This document shows positions 44,424 through 55,047 of a stretch of DNA of 64,000 bases, piece by piece. The notes beneath the pieces were generated by a model. The model saw nothing but the letters and a program-made list of their open reading frames with translations. It had not been told where the DNA came from and did not search any database. Position numbers and translations under genes: made by a program. Each line of letters begins with the position of its first letter. The stretch's first letter is position 1. Origin of the DNA: a virus (lineage: Duplodnaviria; Caudoviricetes); IMG/VR virus record IMGVR_UViG_3300028805_000057, positions 83,895 through 147,894 of that record. One strand, written 5' to 3'.

Positions 44424-47400
44424 ATGAGATGGAATTATAATGACGAATACAGAGACGAATTCAGTAAGGGACCTCATAGAGACATCTTGATAGTCCCACA
44501 TGGTACTAAGGTAACACCTGTAGCTGGAGGACCTCCTGAAATCACTTCTCGAGTTCCTTTATTTAATGATGATGGAACACCTCAGACATCTGGTGGTCAT
44601 TTTGTTATGTCTGATGTTGATTGGGTTATAACGAATAAAGATATTGTGAAAGAACAGTTTAAATACTCTTATTCACTTAATCCTGCAGAGAATATAACAT
44701 TCAGTTCTGCATCATCAGCTATGGTACAGTTTACCATAAGAAATAACAAAGAATACAATCCCGATACAGATACTTGGGAATTAGATATACCTAACTTACA
44801 ATATTATTCATACTATGATAAGAATAATAATTTAATAATAGGTGAGTTAGAAGGAAATTATATCATTAAAGTTTATACTTATATCAATGGCGATTCATCT
44901 ACACTCTTATGTTTAGGAATGTTTCGTGTTGAGGAAGACAAAGCAGTAGATAATGGATATAACAGACAGATTACTGCTTATGACTTCATGGCTACATTCC
45001 GTGATATGGATATATTTAATTGGTATAAGAGATTATTTGATGGTATAAATAAATTGGATAATGATTATATCGATGCTACAAATAAAACAGGCGAGGAACA
45101 AAAGAAACCTGACAATTATGACGCTAATATTAACTGGGTTCGTAAACCATCAAAGAAACTTTATCCAAATAGAGATGGTAGATGGACTATTGGTGAAGCA
45201 TTACAAGATCTTATAAATAATCTAGCAGCATTTGATATGATCGTATGGTCTGATGATGGAAAGACTGCTATGGTCGGAGGCACATCTACGAATCCTTCAG
45301 CTGTTGGTAGAGATTATGGCGAAGGTTGTGGATACTCAGGATATGGTATGCCAATAGTAATTGATCCGAATATATTGGATAGTAATGCTAAACCGTATAC
45401 TCCTACAGAACCTGGTGAAAATGAATATGAAGAATATGGATACATGAAGATTCTGGAATTGGAATTTTATCCCGATCCAAGTGTATTAAAGTCTGGATCA
45501 TTAAGTATGGGTAAATTCTTAGAGGATATTGGTATATTAGCTGGTAGATATCCTATGATCAGACCTGATAAGTTAATAGAGGATGAAACAGCAGATTACT
45601 TTGATCCAAGAACTGTTACTGATCCTAAAAAGACAAGATACAATACTTATGAGAAATGTATATTAACATTCAAACCACTTCCTACAAGTAAAGATGATAA
45701 GACAGATACTGGTATACCTAAATTACAACCTGAACAACAATTAAGCAATCACGAAATAGTTAAAGGTTTTCAGCATGCATTATTTGATGTAAAGGATGTT
45801 ATGATCGTCAAAATAGGTATGCAAGATGGTGAGAAAATTGAATATAAGATATTAAATAAGACACAGAGAAAACAAGCTGAGACTAATGATTTACAAACAT
45901 TTACTTTTAGTAATAATCTTTTCTGTTCATATCTTGTTGATTCAAGCGATGATGAAGAAATCAAGAAACTCTTACCTGAATATAAGAAAATTAAAGAAAA
46001 ATTATTTGGTAAAGAGAAAGATAATCACAATATGACATCTGGTGCATTATTTGAAGATGGATACTATAATATTAAAAATCGTTCATATGTACCATACACA
46101 TTAACAACATATGGAGATCCTGTGCGAGATGTTGGTGATAGAATACTAATTAACTTTGAAGATAAGATAACTGGTGAAAAGACTCAGATGTATACTTATA
46201 TTCTTGAAAGAGAATTAAGTGGTATACAGAAGATGATGGATACATATAAAGCTAATGGCCAAATCACAAGTCCTGTATTCAGTAACTATCAAACTGGTAG
46301 CACATATCAAAGTGGATTTGGTATGAACATACAAATGCTTGGCTATAAGCATTCTTATGGTAAAGGAAGTGGCAGTAGTCAAGGTAAAATAGTTGGTGTC
46401 AGTCCAAGTGACTTAGTAAGTTATTTAAGAAATGTTGGAATTAGATTACTTGATGAACCTTTAACTGCTAGTGCGAAGTTTGTACAAGGTGGAGAAGGAA
46501 GTAGTACATATAATTGTTTAGCAATACAATCTTTTGAACATTCTGAATATCCAGATGCAACCGTATTATATGATGGAGATACCACAAATCCAATAACAAT
46601 TTGTCCGCAAGATAGTTATGTATTACAAGAAGTTACTGCCGTAGAAAATGATTATGTTTCTAATAGTTGTAATTTTGTTGACAAAAATGAATATTATGAT
46701 ACTGAACATAATTGTGGTGCATATTCTTCAATGTATATTTATGATGCTAATAAATGGTTATATACTGGTCTTACTAATATATTAAATGATAGTAGTACAA
46801 TTGCATATGAAACTAATATGATAAAAAATATTGATGAAATTTATCAAGGAAGTACTCAAAAGAATATACAAATAAGACGACGTATATATTATGATGATAC
46901 TTCGGTTGATTATGCAGAAATAAATAAGTATAAAGTTGATAGCATTCATTCATGTTATGGAACATGGTTTGATTCTTTTGTTGGATATCAAAATTATTAT
47001 TCCGAATCAGCCTTAAGCGAAGAAATAAATATTGAAGCAACATATGGCACATTAATTTATGGTTTAGATAATGCATATACTTGGATATATCCTGGTTTAT
47101 GGGCTGAAGGAGATTATACAAGTTCTTATCCTGAAGATTCTGAAGTTAATATCAAAAAACATGTTGCTCTTAAATGGGAAGACCCTGGTGATATTGAAAC
47201 ATGGGAACCTACTCCAGCTGATTGGAAAGGAACTATTGTTATTCGTAAAGAAGACTCTGCTCCTAAACATAGATGGGATGGAGAAGAAATAGTAAGAACT
47301 ACTATGAGTAATAAAGATGCTTATAAAGATACTGCATATAGAGATGAAGATATTGAAGTAAATAAAGTATATTATTATGGGTTCTTTCCTTATTACAAAA

Positions 47401-48281
47401 AGAGAGAACAAGATGGACATAATATTAATTTCTTTAGATATACTAAGGTTATAAAAGTAGAGACTGGTGTTATTACTTATGCACCTGTGATTGAGTCTAT
47501 TACTGTAGATGGTGACAATGCAACTATAACATATGCAATCATTGCACCAGAAGGAGTGACCTATTCTTCGATTAAGTTATATGGTAAGATAGGTTCTGAT
47601 CCAGCTTGTGATGATACAGATGATATTGTTGAAGATATTGATAGGAATGAGACAAGCATTGTTATTAGTGATCTTAGTTATGATACAGAATATTATTTTG
47701 TAATACAATGTGTTGATATGAATGAAGCTGAGACTAATAGTAATGTTATGGGATGTAATACAGAAAATCCTGTGCCACCTGATGTAAGACCTTATATTGA
47801 AAAAATAAATACAACTACTTGGGGAAATAATGCTCAACATTCATTATTATCTTATCAAAGTGCTAGTGGTAATTCGAGTGTATGTAATATTGAAGATGTT
47901 TATGCATATTGTGTACTCTCTGGAACATTTAATAATAATTATGATAAGAATCATTTTTATGTTTGTAATAATATTAGTATTATAATAATTACTGATCCAA
48001 CAATACAAGTAACATATAATATTGATATGTCTACAACTCAAGATGTAATTGTATGCTCTGGTAGAACTGGTTTTGGTCCTTATACACAAAAAGGTAATTA
48101 TACAAGTACAATGAGCGTATGGTCTACCGATAGTGTTACAACTACTGGTTATTGGTCTAATCAAACAGGTGCAAGTGGTTTTACTGCATCATTTAATAAT
48201 ATGACAGAATGTATGAGTTATTTATCAGATCATTTTAGACGTATTAATAGTTTAATAGTTGACGGTATTAATTGGATATAA
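44424..48281 (+). CDS. Tail-tip/baseplate hub protein, paralog 2
   Basis: Colinear with paralog 1 over the N-terminal ~680 aa; different insert and C-terminal domain. Confidence 0.7.
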   Translation: MRWNYNDEYRDEFSKGPHRDILIVPHGTKVTPVAGGPPEITSRVPLFNDDGTPQTSGGHFVMSDVDWVITNKDIVKEQFKYSYSLNPAENITFSSASSAMVQFTIRNNKEYNPDTDTWELDIPNLQYYSYYDKNNNLIIGELEGNYIIKVYTYINGDSSTLLCLGMFRVEEDKAVDNGYNRQITAYDFMATFRDMDIFNWYKRLFDGINKLDNDYIDATNKTGEEQKKPDNYDANINWVRKPSKKLYPNRDGRWTIGEALQDLINNLAAFDMIVWSDDGKTAMVGGTSTNPSAVGRDYGEGCGYSGYGMPIVIDPNILDSNAKPYTPTEPGENEYEEYGYMKILELEFYPDPSVLKSGSLSMGKFLEDIGILAGRYPMIRPDKLIEDETADYFDPRTVTDPKKTRYNTYEKCILTFKPLPTSKDDKTDTGIPKLQPEQQLSNHEIVKGFQHALFDVKDVMIVKIGMQDGEKIEYKILNKTQRKQAETNDLQTFTFSNNLFCSYLVDSSDDEEIKKLLPEYKKIKEKLFGKEKDNHNMTSGALFEDGYYNIKNRSYVPYTLTTYGDPVRDVGDRILINFEDKITGEKTQMYTYILERELSGIQKMMDTYKANGQITSPVFSNYQTGSTYQSGFGMNIQMLGYKHSYGKGSGSSQGKIVGVSPSDLVSYLRNVGIRLLDEPLTASAKFVQGGEGSSTYNCLAIQSFEHSEYPDATVLYDGDTTNPITICPQDSYVLQEVTAVENDYVSNSCNFVDKNEYYDTEHNCGAYSSMYIYDANKWLYTGLTNILNDSSTIAYETNMIKNIDEIYQGSTQKNIQIRRRIYYDDTSVDYAEINKYKVDSIHSCYGTWFDSFVGYQNYYSESALSEEINIEATYGTLIYGLDNAYTWIYPGLWAEGDYTSSYPEDSEVNIKKHVALKWEDPGDIETWEPTPADWKGTIVIRKEDSAPKHRWDGEEIVRTTMSNKDAYKDTAYRDEDIEVNKVYYYGFFPYYKKREQDGHNINFFRYTKVIKVETGVITYAPVIESITVDGDNATITYAIIAPEGVTYSSIKLYGKIGSDPACDDTDDIVEDIDRNETSIVISDLSYDTEYYFVIQCVDMNEAETNSNVMGCNTENPVPPDVRPYIEKINTTTWGNNAQHSLLSYQSASGNSSVCNIEDVYAYCVLSGTFNNNYDKNHFYVCNNISIIIITDPTIQVTYNIDMSTTQDVIVCSGRTGFGPYTQKGNYTSTMSVWSTDSVTTTGYWSNQTGASGFTASFNNMTECMSYLSDHFRRINSLIVDGINWI

Positions 48282-48297
48282 AAATAATTAGTAAAAA

Positions 48298-48341
48298 TCA
48301 AAATAGGGGTATCTAGGATTCTAGGTACCTCTAAATTTTTT
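48298..48341 (+). terminator. TCAAAAT + hairpin terminator before tail-tip gene 3
   Basis: aggggtatctag-gatt-ctaggtacctct then aaatttttt. Confidence 0.65.
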
Positions 48342-48361
48342 AAAGAAAGGACAAATACAAG

Positions 48362-51300
48362 ATGCGTTGGGCGTACGATGATAATACACGAGACTTATTT
48401 GGTAAGGGAATACATCGGGACATCTTGATAGTTCCTCATGCCACTAATGTTATAAAGGTTGCAGGTGGTCCACCTGAAATCACTTCTAAAGTTCCAGAAT
48501 TTAAATGGAATGAGACAGGAGGAAAAGATCATACAGGACAATACGAACCTGTAAAAGAAAATGGACATTATGTTTATCAGGATGTTGAATGGACTATTAC
48601 AAATGACGATATTGTGAAAGAGAAATTTAAATACTCTAGTTCATTGAATTCTGATGACAACTTAACATTCTCTTCTTGTAATGCTGCGATGATACAGTTT
48701 ACAATAAGAAACAAAAAAGAATATGTTCAAGACGAAGAAACACAAGAATATTATTGGAAACCCGAAATTCCAAATCTATTCAAATATGAATACACACAAA
48801 AAGATGGAAATGGTAATACTCAGAAAATAGTTGGTGAGTTAATGTCAAATGCATGCATTAAAGCATATATGTATTTTAATGGGGATTCTTCTACATTAAT
48901 GTATTTAGGCATGTTTAAAGTAGAAGAAGACAAATTAATTGACAACGGATATAATCGACAAATCACTGCTTATGACTTCTTAGCATGGTTTAGAGAAATA
49001 GATATTTTTTATTGGTATAAACACTTATTTGAAGGAATTAATAAATTAGGAAATGACTATGAAGATTATACCAATGATACAAACAGCAAAGAAAAACATA
49101 CACAAGCTGAATGGGATAAGAACTATATTAGAGAACCTAAAGAGAAATGGACTATAGGTGAGGCATTAAATGACTTGATAGACCATTTTGCAGCTTACGA
49201 TATGACAGTATTTGAAGAAGAAGTAGTAAATGAACAAACTGGTGAAAAGAAAAATGTAATGAAGTTAGGTGCCACCTCTACAAATCCTAATGATTATGGT
49301 AGAGATGACTATGAAGAAGGTAATGGTTATACTGGATTGGGTATGCCTATTATCTTAGATTCTAATGTTATGACTAAGGGTGCTAAACCTTATATGCCTA
49401 CAGAACCTGGACCTAACGAGAAAGAACAATATGGTTATATGAATATCCTCGAATTGGAATTTTACCAAGATCCAAAGATAATGAAGTCTGAATCATTGTC
49501 AGCTGGTAAATTACTAGAGGATATTGGATTATTGGCCGGAAGATATCCTTATATAAGAACTGATGACTTTGTTGATGGTGATTATATAGATCCTAAGACT
49601 ATTACACCTACTGAAGAAGAAAAGCATCCAAGTAAGTACATATGTTATGAAAAATGTATATTAACATTCAAGCCATTACCAAGTGCCGAAAATGATAAAA
49701 ATGTTGATAAAGTTCCTGAATCTATGTTTGATAATCATGATATAGTTAAAGGATTCCAGCATGACTATTATCAAGTGCAAGATATTACAGTAATGAAGTT
49801 TGAATTAGATGATGGTACTGAAATAAAATATAGCAAACTAAATAAAAGTCAGTTAGTTGCTGAACAAAAATCAGAATTACAAACATTCACTATTACAAAT
49901 AATATGTTTGCTAATTACTTAGTAACTAAATCAGATGACGATGATGTTAAAAAGATGTTAGACAAGTATAAAGTCATCAGAGAGAAATTATTTGGTAAAG
50001 ATAGTACTGCTGGTAATATATCTCCTGATGCTTTATTTAATCAAGGATATAACAATATTCGAAATCATATCTACACACCATATCAGTTAACTACATTTGC
50101 TGATCCTGTCAGAGATGTTGGCGACCGAATCAAAATAGATTTTACTGATATGATCACTGGTGAGCAATCTCACTTTTATACCTACATCTTAGAAAGAGAA
50201 ATGAACGGTATACAGGCAATGATGGATACTTATACTGCTAAAGGCACTATGAAGAATCCATTATTCACCAATTACCAAACTAGTTCCAAAGCAAAGAGTG
50301 GTGGTGATACTGGTCAAACTAGTGCTGACTTAGATATTATGACACCATTTGATTTAATTGAGTATATGCGTAACTGTGGATATAGAATGCTCGACGAACC
50401 CAGTGAATGCAGTGCGGTGTTTGCTAAGGGGACAGAACAAGATGATGGTGGAGAAACACATATATTTAATAATTTAAGTGCCAATCCTTATTATGCTCCA
50501 GATGAATATTATCCAAAAGATGGAGATACTACAAATCCTTATAAACATTGTACTGATTGGGGAGCTGATTATGCATATTACGAAGATGTTACTGCAAATA
50601 TTGGCGATTATGTACAAAATTTAAATTATGATTCATCTGATAATCCAGATCCAGCAGTTCCTGGATTTAATGATAGTCCATTATATGTTTATACCTTAAA
50701 TAGCGATTGGAAGTATGTTGGAGGACGATTCAATAACGTTGGTTGTAACTTTATACATAATTGCGCTGGAGATAGTGAACTAACCCTAGCAAATGGTGAT
50801 AACTTCGAAGGGTCTACTTGCGATGAAGTAATTATAAAACCTAAAGATGGTAATACAATATATAGATCTCATATTAAAAATACTAATTTTTATGAATATG
50901 ATGTTAATCCAAGAGAAGAAGATGAATATTATGAAGCTTCCGAAGTATTTACAACAACATCTGCCACAATTAAAGTTACTCCAGGTGACGCTATTAGTGC
51001 TCTTATACCATATAATCCATCAAATCCAGATTTAGATTATGGTATATATCAATATCCTGGCATTTGGGTTAAAGGAAGTGAATATCCAAAACTTAATCTT
51101 CCAATAACTATCAAATCAAAACCCTACGTTCAACTTAAATGGTCTGATCCACCGGATATAGATGACTGGGAACCAACTCCTGCAGCGTGGGAAGGAACTG
51201 TTATAGTTAGAAAAGAAGACTCAGCACCATTACACAGATGGGATGGCGAAAAGGTTGTACTGAATAAAACTCGAGATAAATATAAAACTAAAGCATATAA

Positions 51301-52264
51301 AGACGAAGACATCAAAATGGGTAGAACTTATTACTATGGATTCTTCCCATATTATACAGCTGATGATAGTGATCCTGAGCATCTTATAAGATATTACACA
51401 TTTACTAAAGTAATAAAGGTAGAGACTGGTGATAACTCTATTGCTTCGACGATTGATTCAATTGATGTAAATGGTAATACCGCAACTATCAAATATACTT
51501 TATCACAACCTGATAGTGCATCATTTGCTAGTGTCAAAATTTATGGCAAAATTGGCTCTAACCCGAGTTGTGATGAGACTGATGATATTGTGGTTGATGC
51601 TGATCCAGAAGCTATAACCAAAGATATTCCGAATTTGGAATATGATTCTACATATTATTTCTGCTTAGTTACAGTTGATAGTAATGATGAAGAATTGAGT
51701 TCGAATGTTGTATCTGTATTTACTGGTGAAAGTCCTATTCCACCAGAATATGATTATATAACTAGAGCTGGAACATATAATGTAAGAGTTATTGATGCTA
51801 ATCATGGTAAACATTATTATGATTTAACAGAAGTTCCATTTATTTGGAATAGGAGTCAATTAAGTAATCCATTTAATAAAAATTTACCATTTACATTATA
51901 TTATCCTGGTGAAAAATTTTATAATTGGTATTATAGTACAATAACTGGTATAAGATTTTATGATACAGCTACCATTAACTTAACTAAAGAATCTAATGAT
52001 AGTTATACTGCTTCATATACCGGTTTTAATTATAAACAAGGTATATCTCTTAATAATGGATATAATTATGTTAATAGTCATGGATGGACTTTTGAATCAG
52101 AAATAGGTGCTTATTTATACGTAAGTGATTGGTCTGAACAAACTCAACCGGTAACAATGACAACAAGTTTCAATAGTTTAAGTGGTGCACTAACATATAT
52201 TGAAGAACATTTTCGTCACGTTAATGTATATGTAGATGGTATATGTTGGGTTACAGCAACTTAA
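48362..52264 (+). CDS. Tail-tip/baseplate hub protein, paralog 3
   Basis: Same conserved blocks; insert resembles paralog 1, distal domains resemble paralog 2. Confidence 0.7.
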   Translation: MRWAYDDNTRDLFGKGIHRDILIVPHATNVIKVAGGPPEITSKVPEFKWNETGGKDHTGQYEPVKENGHYVYQDVEWTITNDDIVKEKFKYSSSLNSDDNLTFSSCNAAMIQFTIRNKKEYVQDEETQEYYWKPEIPNLFKYEYTQKDGNGNTQKIVGELMSNACIKAYMYFNGDSSTLMYLGMFKVEEDKLIDNGYNRQITAYDFLAWFREIDIFYWYKHLFEGINKLGNDYEDYTNDTNSKEKHTQAEWDKNYIREPKEKWTIGEALNDLIDHFAAYDMTVFEEEVVNEQTGEKKNVMKLGATSTNPNDYGRDDYEEGNGYTGLGMPIILDSNVMTKGAKPYMPTEPGPNEKEQYGYMNILELEFYQDPKIMKSESLSAGKLLEDIGLLAGRYPYIRTDDFVDGDYIDPKTITPTEEEKHPSKYICYEKCILTFKPLPSAENDKNVDKVPESMFDNHDIVKGFQHDYYQVQDITVMKFELDDGTEIKYSKLNKSQLVAEQKSELQTFTITNNMFANYLVTKSDDDDVKKMLDKYKVIREKLFGKDSTAGNISPDALFNQGYNNIRNHIYTPYQLTTFADPVRDVGDRIKIDFTDMITGEQSHFYTYILEREMNGIQAMMDTYTAKGTMKNPLFTNYQTSSKAKSGGDTGQTSADLDIMTPFDLIEYMRNCGYRMLDEPSECSAVFAKGTEQDDGGETHIFNNLSANPYYAPDEYYPKDGDTTNPYKHCTDWGADYAYYEDVTANIGDYVQNLNYDSSDNPDPAVPGFNDSPLYVYTLNSDWKYVGGRFNNVGCNFIHNCAGDSELTLANGDNFEGSTCDEVIIKPKDGNTIYRSHIKNTNFYEYDVNPREEDEYYEASEVFTTTSATIKVTPGDAISALIPYNPSNPDLDYGIYQYPGIWVKGSEYPKLNLPITIKSKPYVQLKWSDPPDIDDWEPTPAAWEGTVIVRKEDSAPLHRWDGEKVVLNKTRDKYKTKAYKDEDIKMGRTYYYGFFPYYTADDSDPEHLIRYYTFTKVIKVETGDNSIASTIDSIDVNGNTATIKYTLSQPDSASFASVKIYGKIGSNPSCDETDDIVVDADPEAITKDIPNLEYDSTYYFCLVTVDSNDEELSSNVVSVFTGESPIPPEYDYITRAGTYNVRVIDANHGKHYYDLTEVPFIWNRSQLSNPFNKNLPFTLYYPGEKFYNWYYSTITGIRFYDTATINLTKESNDSYTASYTGFNYKQGISLNNGYNYVNSHGWTFESEIGAYLYVSDWSEQTQPVTMTTSFNSLSGALTYIEEHFRHVNVYVDGICWVTAT

Positions 52265-52298
52265 AAAATTCACTTTTCAAAATAAGGAGGAAACAATT

Positions 52299-52562
52299 AT
52301 GAGAATTAGTGACAAAGTTTATAACATTTTGAAGTGGATTGCATTAATCTGCATTCCTGCACTTGTAACATTCTTATCTGTTGTATTAGGTGTACTCGAT
52401 GTAGATCCTAAGACAGTTAATGTAATCGTTACAATCATATCTGCTGTTGGTACTTTGATTGGTACTCTTATTGGTGTATCTACTAGTGCTTACAACAAAG
52501 AAAAGAATGAAGCCAATAAGATATTCGAACAGCAGAATATTACAAATGGTGATACAAAATGA
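52299..52562 (+). CDS. Holin (Dp-1-like), copy 2
   Basis: AAGGAGG RBS; VYNILKWIALICIP; C-terminus EANKIFEQQNITNGDTK identical to copy 1. Confidence 0.8.
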   Translation: MRISDKVYNILKWIALICIPALVTFLSVVLGVLDVDPKTVNVIVTIISAVGTLIGTLIGVSTSAYNKEKNEANKIFEQQNITNGDTK

Positions 52563-52883
52563 ACCCTATGATATACGTTGATGACAATAAAATAATAGAA
52601 GCTGAATAATTAATTCAAAAATTCGAAAAACTGCTTTTAATAAAGCATAAAATGCAAGTTCTCATAATATTCAAACTTAAAACTAGCATTCTAAAAACTG
52701 GCATTCTCATTTAAATTCGTATACACTATTCCTTCTGGGAAATCAAAATGGGTAGCTGGACTAAACTCTGGCTACCTAACTTGGTTTCCACACACTTTTC
52801 TTACAGAAAACTGTACTTTTCACTTCGTTCAAAGTAAAAAAAAAAAATGAGAGCAGATATTTCCGCTCCCATCTGTTTTTGTC

Positions 52884-53132
52884 TTATTTACATATTTCTC
52901 TCAATTTGTCCGTAAAATACATGTTAAGCGGACTCATTCCCTGTCGTTTTGCGATGGTGTTCTGTATTGCTGTAGTACACTCATCACAGACATCTTCATA
53001 CTTAGTCTGATAATCAGGATTTGTATTCGATCCTAATACTAAATAAGCTTGATAATGTGTGTGACCAGTTTCACTAGCAAACATTTGTTTACCGCAAATA
53101 TCACAAGTACATATCGTATCTGTCCTAACCAT
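52884..53132 (-). CDS. Zn-ribbon (CxxC..CxxC) protein
   Basis: AAAGGAG RBS on - strand; CDICGK...VCDEC; own promoter at 53175-53198. Confidence 0.75.
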   Translation of the reverse strand: MVRTDTICTCDICGKQMFASETGHTHYQAYLVLGSNTNPDYQTKYEDVCDECTTAIQNTIAKRQGMSPLNMYFTDKLREICK

Positions 53133-53174
53133 AAGTATCTCCTTTCTTGTTAAAAGATATTTTAATAAGTTCCT

Positions 53175-53218
53175 ATATTATAAGACATAAAAATAGCGAA
53201 AATCTTCATTTATATAAT
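53175..53218. promoter_or_regulatory. Divergent phage promoter pair
   Basis: - strand CGC(53198)-N15-TAATAT; + strand AGC(53195)-N15-TATAAT-GGAGG. Confidence 0.65.
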
Positions 53219-53231
53219 GGAGGTGAATATA

Positions 53232-53387
53232 ATGTTTAAAAAGCTTATAGAGCATACCAAAAAGAGAAAGAAGCAACTTATTGATGACAGAAGTCAAGAA
53301 GAAAAAGAAGTTGATTTTGAATGTGCAATGAAAACATTAGAGAAAATTAACTGGGCTAAAGAAATTCGAGACTTCATGAGAGCGTAA
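53232..53387 (+). CDS. Hypothetical early protein, 51 aa (not in ORF track)
   Basis: GGAGGTG RBS; followed by agagc-gtaattt-gctct terminator. Confidence 0.7.
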   Translation: MFKKLIEHTKKRKKQLIDDRSQEEKEVDFECAMKTLEKINWAKEIRDFMRA

Positions 53388-53649
53388 TTTGCTCTCTTTC
53401 TTTTTTTTTAATATAAATACTTTCTAGAATGCCCTTGTAATGCACTACAAGCCTCATTTAGGCCTATTTGGTATATTCTTGGTATAAATCTATGGTTAAA
53501 TATGAAACAGGCCTTAAAATCGATTCTGGTGCATTCTAGAGCTACGCTAAATTATTTGTCTACACTTTACTAAAGTAAACTGATGCCTAAATAGTTACGC
53601 TAAATTATTTGTCTATATTATAGCAACATAAACTATAAAATAAGGAGGA

Positions 53650-54156
53650 ATGTATATGGATAAGAAAGACAAAATAGTACTTGGTATTGTTGGTTGTTAT
53701 TTTGTTGGAAACTTTATTTATGCAATTTCAGAAAGATATCAGGAGAAGAAAAAAGAGACTAGAAGGGCAGAGCAGAGAAAAGCTGATTCTAAACGTCTAT
53801 CTGATATGCATGACGAATTAGACGAAAGTTTCAAAGATATGCACAAGATATTACAAGAACTAAGTGAAAGACAGCAAAAAGAAAATACAGCAAGACTTGT
53901 TAGATGTTTATACGCAATAATTAAACAGAGAAAGACACTCATGAAGAGTGAAGAAGAATTTGTCGTTAAAATGATACGACATAACAAAATGTTTGAAGAG
54001 GAACTTAATCCTGAGAAAGCAACAGATCAGGAAATAATAAGATATTTAGAAACAAAATGTAATTTTGATATATTCAATGATATACCAATGCTTACAGGTG
54101 TAAAGAAAACATATCAGTTTTATTCACTGAAAGATTTGGGTATTGAATCAATCTAA
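53650..54156 (+). CDS. Early protein with N-terminal membrane anchor
   Basis: AAGGAGG RBS; IVLGIVGCYFVGNFIYAI then coiled coil. Confidence 0.75.
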   Translation: MYMDKKDKIVLGIVGCYFVGNFIYAISERYQEKKKETRRAEQRKADSKRLSDMHDELDESFKDMHKILQELSERQQKENTARLVRCLYAIIKQRKTLMKSEEEFVVKMIRHNKMFEEELNPEKATDQEIIRYLETKCNFDIFNDIPMLTGVKKTYQFYSLKDLGIESI

Positions 54157-54283
54157 TTATATTTTAGGATAGCATCGAAATTTGGTGCTATTCACTTTTC
54201 ACTTCGTGTAAACCACAGTTCTCACTATGTTCGGTCTGTTTTTCGCAAATAATAATGTCTCTTTTATGAAGGAGGTACAAGAC

Positions 54284-54493
54284 ATGAAAACTGATAAAAA
54301 GATTGGGTTAGTATTGTGCGGTATTTTCCTTGGTATTAGGGCAATTTATGTAACTGAGAAGCTAGAAAGAGAAAGAAAAAAAGCTGAAGAGATACGTAAA
54401 CAGAATCTAATAAATCAGGGAAGACAATGTTTACACAATAACTTTTATTATGAGGAACCAAGTAATTGTACTGAGATAGTTAAGGGATCATAA
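54284..54493 (+). CDS. Small early membrane-anchored protein
   Basis: GGAGG RBS before ATG 54284; KKIGLVLCGIFLGI. Confidence 0.7.
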   Translation: MKTDKKIGLVLCGIFLGIRAIYVTEKLERERKKAEEIRKQNLINQGRQCLHNNFYYEEPSNCTEIVKGS

Positions 54494-54550
54494 TTTGGTC
54501 CCTTAATTTTTCGCTAATATTTACAAGTATATTATAGGAGGTGAATAAAC

Positions 54551-54712
54551 ATGAAAGTAAAAAAACTAATCGGAATATTACTTCTTGGTTCATCAGTAGC
54601 TTATCTTTTAGGTGATTATATTGGAAATAAAGCAATTGGTAATGGCAAGGAAATTATAATTAAAAATATTGAACCTGAAGAAATGAAAGAAGAACCAAGT
54701 AATGAAGATTAA
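54551..54712 (+). CDS. Small early membrane-anchored protein, 53 aa (not in ORF track)
   Basis: GGAGGTG RBS; MKVKKLIGILLLGSSVAYLLG, acidic tail. Confidence 0.7.
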   Translation: MKVKKLIGILLLGSSVAYLLGDYIGNKAIGNGKEIIIKNIEPEEMKEEPSNED

Positions 54713-54794
54713 TTAATGTTTAGAAATCAAAATGAGTAGGTCTTTATGGGCCTATTCGCTTTATTTTATGGTATTATTGTAGGAGGTAAATAAT

Positions 54795-55007
54795 ATGACA
54801 TTTAATGGATACAGATTTAAATTATTACATGAAGACAATAAAAAAGAAATCACTATTGAAGCAAAAGATGTTGATGATTTATACAAGTATATGTATAATC
54901 AAGGTTATGAATACATCGGTACAGGCGATTTCTTAGAAAGAGTTTTTATGAAACAGAAAAATGGTGCATTACCAGATGTAATATTATTTGAACGTGAAGG
55001 GAGCTAA
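54795..55007 (+). CDS. Hypothetical early protein
   Basis: AGGAGG RBS, own promoter and terminator. Confidence 0.7.
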   Translation: MTFNGYRFKLLHEDNKKEITIEAKDVDDLYKYMYNQGYEYIGTGDFLERVFMKQKNGALPDVILFEREGS

Positions 55008-55047
55008 TGCTCCTTTCTTTTTTCGCTAATATTTACAAGTGTATATT

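Noticed and set aside
39572-52264. Diversity-generating retroelement or invertase shufflon behind tail-tip variation
   Set aside because: No reverse transcriptase or recombinase in the window, all cassettes are co-oriented and full length, and I saw no template/variable repeat pair differing at adenines; a DGR elsewhere in the genome cannot be excluded.
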